From the human T2T-CHM13v2.0 reference genome, Homo sapiens: a DNA stretch of 64,000 nucleotides. The stretch lies in assembly GCF_009914755.1 (NCBI RefSeq), contig NC_060935.1; one strand, written 5' to 3'. The notes beneath the pieces were generated by a model. It was not told the origin of the DNA, did no database searches, and saw nothing but the letters and a program-made list of their open reading frames with translations. Below are positions 55,401 to 64,000 of the stretch, piece by piece. The position numbers and the translations under genes are program-made. Within the stretch, counting starts at the first letter, position 1. Each line of letters starts with the position of its first letter.

Positions 55401-56189
55401 CTTCTAATTTTGTATTATTTCATCTTGCTTTGCCCACTCCCATAGCTTTCTTTGGGCGGGCATGAGGCAATACACCTTGAATGAAATAAAGACGTGTCCT
55501 ATCAGTTCTCCTGTTCTGGCATGAGTTATAACTAGTGACCTCTGATTTGGACTAGCAACCTCCTTTCCTGAGTTTATTCTTCATTGTGTTCAAGTTCCCT
55601 TCGGCATCAGGATGTATAAATGGGCTTCCTGGGGGTTTTCTATAAGAAAGCCCACCAGCCATGCCTTCTCTTTTCCAGTCTTTGTACGTGTCCCCAGTTC
55701 TTACAGGGACAGCCATACTCATCTCTCCCTTCCCTGCAGAGCACCGCTGATAGTCTAAGTAGACACCAGTCCCCAGGCTGGGCTTTGGCCATCTGTCTGC
55801 CCTTCACTTGAGAATGCAATAAAATCTGCTTGACAATTATGTCAGTACAAAGGGCAGAGAGGACTGCATGTCAAAAAGCTGTGTAAAATTTATTCTTTCA
55901 AAGGTTGTATCAAGAATATTCTGGCCAAAAAGAGCTCTAATAGCAACTGATCACTGTGTCATCTGATTCTTTTTCACATGGCTACTTTCCCCTATTAGTG
56001 GATTTGTGTTAGTTCTGCTTGGGACCAAGTTAATAACGATAAGACCTTATCATAATGTAGCACTGCATATGTTTGAAAGGGCTTTCACGAATCGATTATA
56101 TCATCAAATCTTCATGACTGCAGTTGGATTTTAGAACCGAAAGGGCTTTGGAAAACACTTAACCCAACATTCTCAGTTGATTATTATTG

Positions 56190-56600
56190 ATGTATTTTGT
56201 TTAGCTTAAGTAATGTATCTTTATTAAATATAATTTGGAAACCATACAAAGGAAGCTTTAAAAAGATTTAAAGTCACTCATGCACAATTACATTTAATGT
56301 ATTTTTTTCTAATTTTTTCTTATTCTCTGCCATGGTTTTCATTATGTAGTTATAATCATATCATTTATATCTCATTTTTTTCTTTTAAGAATAGATCAGA
56401 AACAATTTTCCATGTCGTTACATAGTATTAGTGAGCATCGTTTTAATTGGTTTCATTATATTACATCAAGTAGATGTACAATACCACTGCACTGTGTTTG
56501 GACATTTATGTTGTTCTAATTTTTTGCTGTTGTAAATAATGTTTCAGTGAACATCTCCATGATTATGGCCTTATTCCACTGTTATGATTATTTCCTTACA
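56190..56600 (-). mobile_element. Old L1M fragment
   Basis: tttggacatttatgttgttctaattttttgctgttgtaaataatgtttcagtgaacatct. Confidence 0.6.
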
Positions 56601-57304
56601 CACGATCACTATACATTCTATTACCACCAATACTCTTACTTTACTCAGGGGAAACTGAGGCATGGAAAAACAAAGTGATCCCAGACCCCGCATCCAGTTA
56701 GTAAAACAACACAGACCCCAAGTGAGGTCTTTTGTCTCTTGGTTTCACATTACTTCTATTATATAATATAGTGGTTTTCAGAATTTCTAAATAAAAGGCT
56801 TGAACATTACATGAAAGTAATTTTATTTTTAGTACCCAGTGGTTGAGAAAAAATTACAATAAAAACTGCAATAAATATTGTAGCACCTGTAAACAACGTG
56901 TATGCAATTAAACACAGCAGCATTCATATGTACTTGGAAGTGGTGCAAACAGTGCACTTGGAGAGAAATGCATTGAAGCTGCCGACAACACTTCATGTGC
57001 ATATGGACCCTAAATCCCTTTTAAAACTCCCCTCTTCTCCTCGCACCCCAAACTCAGGTCCATTGTTCTTTAAAAAGAAAGCATCCTTAGTTTGCTGCCA
57101 GGATGTTCATTCCAAGCTGGAGTCCATGGGTCCATAGTTATCTCCCTTTGAACCTCTCCTGCCCTGAATTTACAGGGATAGCAAGCATGGTAGAAGAGAG
57201 ATGGACTCACGATTCTGAATATTGAGAGCTGGAATAGTCCTGCAGTGAGATTAATGTACAGACTTCAGGGCTCTACAACCCAAAAGAAGAGTCTCCAGTA
57301 ATAA

Positions 57305-57520
57305 CAGTAGTTTAAATTTGCTGACTGCCTTCTAGGTGCTAGGTACAACCCCAGTTGCTATGTATGGATTGTATCTGTTCATTTTTACAAGATTGCTGTA
57401 TTTGTCACAGTTTCACAGATGAGGAGACTGAAGAGGATAGTTGAACTGACACAGAAACTGAGTGATAGGGTGGGGCTTTGAGTCCTGGAAGTGTGGTTGC
57501 TAATCCTATACTCTTACCCT
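57305..57520 (-). mobile_element. MIR
   Basis: tttcacagatgaggagactga...gggctttgagtcc...actcttaccc. Confidence 0.6.
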
Positions 57521-57831
57521 CAGCACACAGAGCCCCTCACTCAGTGTCCCCAGACATTTGAGAAGAGATGTGATGAGGCCGGCCATGGTTCTCTTGTGGT
57601 CAGCTCTTGTTCTAATCCTTAGCGCCCATTTGGAAACCAGTTATGGGGAAAGCACAATGTAGGACTCTTGGGACTCTGCACCTGACTGGCTGGCTTTCCA
57701 AGATCACTGAGATGGCTCTTCCTCCAGCATAGAAATTGATGGCTGGTTATCCAGACAGCAACCTCTTTTGCCCATGTGCTTGGTGCTCTGTCATGGCGGG
57801 AAAAGTAACTATGCACAGATCATGATTATGG

Positions 57832-57914
57832 TATTAGATTGGGTACACATGAAATTGCTAGTATGCACCTATTTTGATGTATGAAAATATCATTTTCATG
57901 AGATTCATCCTAAT
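57832..57914. mobile_element. MADE2-like mariner MITE
   Basis: About 80 bp with imperfect inverted ends ttagattg...catgaaattg / cattttcatg...ttcatcctaa. Confidence 0.65.
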
Positions 57915-58329
57915 TTATGCTATGTATGGGGCCTGATTGCCCTAACAGCTCATCATTGATTGGTAGCATGTTGTAATAATGAAAGAGAGATGGATATCTA
58001 GCTACCCTACCCACCCCCCATCAGCATAAGGAAGCCGAGAAGGGCCCCAGTAAAGCTGAGAACATTGGAGGATGACAAGGCTGTAAATGAATAGACAGGA
58101 CGTCACCTGTCCTTTCTCTCCAATCTCTCTTTGTGTCCCCTCAGTTTACCAGCTGTCCCGAAGCAATTGCAGCTCAGTGTCTGTTCCCACTAGCTTTTGT
58201 GAGGGCTCTGCTGGGGCTTTTATCCCTTGTGCTGAAGACCATGCTCATTTTCTCAAACACAAAGCACCAGAGGAGCTCCATCCAAATGCACAATCTTTAT
58301 TCCCGGACCGTGTCTCTAGTTTAAATTCC

Positions 58330-58500
58330 TGGAGTGTTGGTCAAAAGCATGGGATTGAGAACTAGAGGGACCTTGGCTTGAATCCTGATGCTACCACTTA
58401 CTGTGTGACCTTCAACAATTTATTTACTGTCTCTCCCAGCTTTGGTTTTGTCAACTATTAGATGATTTTGATAATTAAAGTCCAGAATAGATGTAAATGT
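58330..58500 (+). mobile_element. MIR
   Basis: ggcttgaatcctgatgctaccacttactgtgtgacctt. Confidence 0.65.
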
Positions 58501-58878
58501 GTTGATGGGCATTGTCGACATGGAACACATTGTTACCTCCTTCTTTTCTGAATCTGGTGACTAGAATAGATACCAGAAAAGAAAATCTGAAGTTTCTGTT
58601 TTCACAGAGAAACCCTATGTACTGAACTGTAAGCTGATACCTAAGTTCCAGTAAGTATTGATATGCTTATGTGGACAATGTACCAAAGCATTTGAAATGA
58701 GGAATGTTTTAGAAAATCTAGGATATGTGTTATCATTTGATCACTCTCCCTTCCTTGAGCTTTGAATAAAACCACTTTTCTTCCTGCTTTCTTTGGGTCT
58801 AACATTGGGCCTTCTATGTTTCTGGAGTCTGATACTGAACTTCTTCAGCAATACCTTCCCTGCCACCCCTGCCACCTG

Positions 58879-58905
58879 CCACACACACACACACACACAC
58901 ACACA
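58879..58905. repeat. (CA)n microsatellite
   Basis: About 13 CA units. Confidence 0.95.
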
Positions 58906-59239
58906 GAAATAGAAAAAAAAAAGGAGAGTGAGGCATGCATAGACAGACAGAAAATTTGAGACAAACAGAGAGAGACAGGAGAAGTGGAAAGGAGAAAGCA
59001 AGAGATAGATCAAAACACAACCACAAAACCTAAAAATATTTAGCCTTTAATTAAAAAATAACAACAAAAAAACACCTAGAGGCCTTAAAAAGCATACCCA
59101 CACCACACAAAGAATACACTCTCAGGTCATCTAGCTCATCCCACCAGAGGGCCACATCCCATCAAGAGAGCTGTAGCATTTGAGAAGGTGTCTTTTTTCA
59201 TGGTAGACTATTGGGAAGTCTCTTCTTAGTTGTTTCCTT

Positions 59240-59430
59240 GGGTGAAAACATGGATTTTGAAAACAGGTAGACAAGGGTTCAAATCCCTGATGGGCCCTCT
59301 ACTGGATATATGATCTGAGCAAGTTATTTAACCTGATTAAATGGAACTGTAATACCTTCTCTTAATGTTGTTATAAGCGTAAGTGCAGTAATATGTAGCC
59401 ATACTTGATACATAGTAGATACTCAGTAAA
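59240..59430 (+). mobile_element. MIR
   Basis: agacaagggttcaaatccc...gagcaagttatttaacct...catagtagatactcagtaaa. Confidence 0.65.
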
Positions 59431-59691
59431 GACATGATTTTAATTTCTGGAATTCAGATGTCCTAGTAGTGATTACTTCTTTCTCTGTCTTCCATTGGAT
59501 ATCCTTTATACCCACCTGTGCCCCTCTACTCTCTGAAGATACTAGGCATTTGAAAAAGATGTTCTACTTGAGACTATTAGAATGGTAAACTATTAGAAAT
59601 CATAAAGAATTTCCTCCAGATAAATTTTACCATTGAAAACTTCTTCATTACCCCATAATTATCCTCATCATTATGTGAGTCAGGCCACTGG

Positions 59692-59693
<2 letters not shown>

Positions 59694-59751
<58 letters not shown>
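59694..59751. repeat. Pure (AT)29 microsatellite
   Basis: Uninterrupted AT alternation, 58 bp. Confidence 0.98.
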
Positions 59752-59759
<8 letters not shown>

Positions 59760-62519
59760 AAACTAGGACCTTCACCAAGAGAGAGACTAAATTATGACTA
59801 ATGGCCATTCCTTGGCCTCTTAGTTACAGATGTAGGAGAGATTGTTAGCCATGTCTTGCTCAGCCATCAAAGTCTTGGCAGAAGACACCTTGCTCTTGTG
59901 GAATAGCATGCCCTGTGAGCAGGGAGTTATTCTAAGAGAGTTTCTAGATGTAGTGCCAATTTTGGAAAGACAGCTGGCAGGAATTGGGCAAAGGGTCGTC
60001 ATTGACCTATATGGGTGGGAGCATTTGGCTTCACAGAGCCCTAAGCATAGATTATATTCCAAAAATAATGTTATGGATGCAACACCATGAAAATCACATG
60101 TCATGTCATAACCACCATGATGAAATGTTGGATCCATATTTAGCAATTATTGTGGTCTCTGCTATAATACTCAGTTCCTTACACAAGAACTTGTCTAGGA
60201 TTCAGCAGTTTATACTGAGGTGTTCAGAGGAGCATGGTTAATGGAGAAAATTGCTTATCTCCCCAAGAAAAAGAAAACTAAGTCATAAAAAAAAAAAACA
60301 AATATTGGAGAATCCTGCTTGCCCAGTGGCCAAATAGGGGTTAGCAGATTAGTTTCCATGGGAAGTGTCAAAGAAACAAGAAACTAAGAGAAAAAAAGGA
60401 GTCACACAGAAGATGGACCACATTAATGGGGCCTATAGGAAAACAGCACAAGCCAACCAATGGAGAGAGCCAGTCCAGCCATCAGCTCCCTCGTGCGTGC
60501 CCACTCAGAATGGAAAGATATACAGAGACTACCAAGAACCAACATAAGCCTGCAAGAGAATGCTACTGTCTAAAAAGTAATTCTTAAAGCATATAATCCA
60601 GAATGAAAAGTCCAGGCAGAATGACATATCCTCTGGCCATATAAGTACTATTGAATCTTTACCAGAACTCTTATTAGAATTTTACAGCGTCTGCTGTAGT
60701 ACCCTAGAGATGCTCCATAGGAATGATCAAAGGGCTGTATCATAGGGCCTGTGAGGACTGTCATAAGGTAATGGTGTTGTCCAGAAGGAGAAAGAAATTT
60801 AAGGGGTGACTTAATAAATTTCACAATTAAAATAAAGGATACTCCATGTGGATGACAAGCAGCTGCTCTTCATTAGGCTTTGGGGACTGAAGAAGTCGAA
60901 ATCCAATTTAATTGCAGTAGAAAAAGCTTAGACTGCATAAAAGGAACAGATAACCAATCTGCTTACAACTTTTTCCAGATTCTGAGATTTTTAGGCCTCC
61001 TGAATTGTCACTGTTCCCTGAGAGGAGACACCGTTTACTTACAATCCAGTCACAGACAGACTCACCTCTTTGCTGGAGGTGTCCCTAGTAGTGACCATGT
61101 AAAATAATGAGACATTCAACTGAGTGAGCAATGGCTCAAGTCCACCTCTGTGTCCCAAATGTTACAGCACATCACCTACACATAAACCCCCAGTTTTTCA
61201 CTCCATTCCTATTTTCACTTCACTCCTTACTTTCTATAGATGCTTTGGTCCTATGATCACTCTTGCAGACACTCTCAACTCTCTGGTTCTCTTTCCTTCT
61301 ATTGTATTTTTCTGGCAAAAATCTCAAGTCTGCTTGACACCACCTATCCACTTTCTCTGATCCTGAACCTTCATAACTAGATATTGCTGGCAGAAAGAAA
61401 GAAACAAACAAACAAACAACAAGATCAACAACAAAAAACCCAATGTGGTCTGTGTCATTTTAAAATCTCAGAGTAACAAATTGCAAATGGGTGTTTACTA
61501 CTGCCCAGGAATCCCACTATGCACTCTTAGGAGGTTTGCTTTTCTTTCTTCAGAGACATCTAATTCGTATCTTCTCCCCCTCCTCAAAAGTTTTATAATC
61601 TTCCAAAAATCTCCTTATTCCCACTTGGAGTGAATGACTCATATTTCATTGAGAAAACAGAAGCAATCAGGAACTAACTTATCTTCCAGATACCAAATCT
61701 CAGTATACCTGCCTTTCATTTGTAGGGCCCGAAATTCACTCCTGTTATAATGGAAAAAAATATTTCTCCTCATTTTAGAGTTCAACATCTCAATTTATGC
61801 TCTGGGGCCTCTCCTCTCTCCCCTCAAGGATTTCAATCCTGCAATTATCTTCCTCTTTCTTCTACATCATTGCATATTTCCTCTCCACTCGGTCACTTTC
61901 ATAAGCACATAAATCTCACCAAGTATCTCCCATATTTAAAATGGCAACTGCAACATCAACAATCTCTCTTGACCTCCCTTCTTCCTTTAGCTACAAACAC
62001 GTTTCTGCTCTTCTTCTCGGTAAAGCTTCTTACAATAAAGATCTTCATGTACAGTCTTCACTTTTTCAGCACTCGCACTTCCGCTTTCCAGCCTGGCGTT
62101 GGTCCACACCACCCCACTAAAGCTACTCTCATCAAGGTCATCAGCAACATTTATAATGCCAAGTGCAGTGCTCAATTTCCAATCTTTAATCTACCTCTCA
62201 GCAGCGCTTGACATAGATGACCCTTTCTGTCTTTGTGAAATTGTTCCTCTTGGCCTCCCTGGCATCGCGCCGTCCTGTCTTTCTTCTTACCTCACTAAAC
62301 CCTACTCTGTTTCTTTTGTTTCCATCTTCTTCTCTGTATGCTGGGTCTGCAAGGTCTTGGTCTTCAGGCACTTCCTCTGTCGATCCACTTCTCCGGGAGA
62401 TCTCATCCAGTCCTGTGGTTTCCAGTGACCTCTATATACTGGTGACTGCCAATTTTACATCACTGCCCAGACCTTCCCCATGAACTCCAGATTAATAAAG
62501 ACATCCCACACTTAATATG

Positions 62520-63213
62520 TGATTTTGTTCATTGGTTCATCCATATTTTCATGTCTCTGAAATTGGGACACATCCTTCAATTGATAGCATCTTATAATCT
62601 GCACCTGCCCAATGGAGAGGTTTAGTTGCCATTGCCTGAACAAGCACCGACTTAGTCACATTCCCTTCCCTTCATTGAGTGATAGGCATTGCTGGTACTA
62701 CATGTGTTAGGGTTAATTGCCATTTAAAATTCCTTCAAAAATGATTCTTTGAATCACACAGTGATTCGCCATTGAAATAAAAATGATCACATACACAGCA
62801 ATGCATAGAAAGGGAACAGCAGGGTGTAAATTTGATAACAGGGAAGTGCATATCTGTCTATGGAAGAATGACCACAATTCCGTATTCCCCTGCAAAACAA
62901 CAATTAAGGGCTTTATGGGACCAAAGACAGAAAGAACATCCACAGCTGACAATTTTTTTGTTGAGACACATGAAAGGTTGTCTGTTACGCTTCAACCTAA
63001 GGCAGGGAGAAATGGGCAAATCCCTTGGAATAGCAGAAGAGTTCTGATCAAGGGAGGCTGGTATGACCAATTGAAAGTGTCCCTCACTCTTTCTTGGTGA
63101 CATTTAAGTTAATTACACACCTTAGAATAGATTACATCTGTTGACTGCCAATTTTATATCAATGCCCAGACCTTCCCCATGAACTTCATTGCATCCATTT
63201 GATGCAATATGTG
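62520..63213 (+). mobile_element. Kanga1/MER104-family (TcMar-Tc2, pogo-like) DNA transposon fossil
   Basis: Left end tctctgaaattgggacacatccttcaattgatagcatctta and right end tttcttggtg...cttagaatagattacatct...tttgatgcaatatg resemble Kanga1/MER104 termini. The interior holds a transposase-like ORF. Confidence 0.7.
62783..63100 (+). pseudogene. Degenerate pogo-like transposase N-terminus (Brinker-type HTH / CENP-B HTH region)
   Basis: ITYTAMHRKGTAGCKFDNREVHICLWKND...KGFMGPK parallels the pogo/POGK-type pattern (Y...AA..F.V.E..V..W.....F.GPK). There is an upstream in-frame stop, and similarity is lost downstream. Confidence 0.6.
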
Positions 63214-64000
63214 TTTCAAATGGAAATTGTAGTCCAACTATCTTCTGCCCCAGTGAGAGGCTGTTTTTCCCTGAGTCTCCCCTAACTTAGTTAAGGGCAC
63301 ACTTCTAAACTTATTGCCCAACCAAAACCTAAGATTTTTCCTTGTCCTTCCCTTTCCTTCACCCTTAACATCAAATCCATTAGCATTTCTTGTTAGTTCT
63401 ACCTATAAATATATCTCCAATCCATATTTATTCACGTTTGCGCCAATACCTTCATGAAAGGCACCTTGCCTGAACTCCTGCAGTTGCCTCCAGGTGGGTT
63501 TTGCTGCCTGCTCATTTTCAACCCATCCTTTATCTCATGCCTCCTACAATCCATTCTTCAAACAGTAACCTACATACTTTCCAAGCATACATCCAATTTT
63601 GTCACTCGGCTTTATACTTGGAATGAAATCCACACCCCTCCTCTGTGGTCTGTTGGCCTCCACTTGCCTCTTAGAGACCCTCATACATCCCCATCTTCCT
63701 CAGTGAGTATGCTCCACTAACCGTGTCCCTCCTTCTGGTTCTTAAACTTGCCAAGTTTGGTCTTACTTCAGGGACTGCACACTTGCCATGTCTTCTTCCT
63801 GGAAGGTTTTCCCTCCAGATCTGCTGCTGCTGGCTGCATTCCACAATTCAACTCTCAGAGAGCCCTTTCTCTTTCACCCTATTTACTTGCACTCCGTCCT
63901 TCTCTATCAGGTATTCTGTGTAACTTCCTGCAACTTTCTGAAACTGTCCTGTTAATTTGTTTACTTGCATATTGTTTATTTCCTCCAACTAAGGTATTAA

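Larger units (their letters stand above)
61100..64000 (+). mobile_element. Long degenerate L2 (sense), interrupted by a Kanga-type transposon
   Basis: C/T-rich L2 motifs: actctcatcaaggtcatcagcaac, gatctcatccagtcctgtgg, ttcagggactgcacacttgcc. ORF 61750-62211 retains an RT-like AFQPGVGPHHPTKATLIKV. Confidence 0.75.

Noticed and set aside
55738-55757. REST/RE1-like agagcaccgctgatag
   Set aside because: About four mismatches to TCAGCACCnnGGACAG. No full RE1 was seen in the window.
61750-62211. 153-aa ORF with a reverse-transcriptase-like snippet
   Set aside because: Decayed L2 ORF2 remnant.

Overview
Primate, almost certainly human, genomic DNA, rich in Alu, L1, L2, MIR, MaLR and DNA-transposon fossils. 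The only protein-coding sequence I can support is one short exon that the ORF track misses: 28693-28774 (+). It encodes MKTIQPKMHNSISWAIFTGLAALCLFQ-G and ends in a phase-1 CAAG|GTAAGA donor. I recognise it as the signal-peptide first exon (upstream '1a' promoter) of neurotrimin (NTM; IgLON family, 11q25). The window therefore holds about 28 kb upstream of this exon, its CpG-poor promoter/5'UTR, and about 35 kb of the very long first intron. It also contains two minisatellites (36 bp x11; 38 bp x6.2), several microsatellites, 11 Alus (most with target-site duplications, TSDs), MaLR/ERVL LTRs and old DNA transposons. The other listed ORFs appear to be repeat-derived or chance. I see no convincing new gene or multi-component system. 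The best leads are regulatory: a recursive-splice-like AG|GT site in intron 1 (52196/52197), stacked uORFs and dyad motifs in the NTM leader, two VNTRs that each multiply a RUNX-type core, and a 51-bp local duplication inside the end of a Kanga transposon. Repeat family calls come from recalled consensus features, and boundaries of old repeats are approximate.
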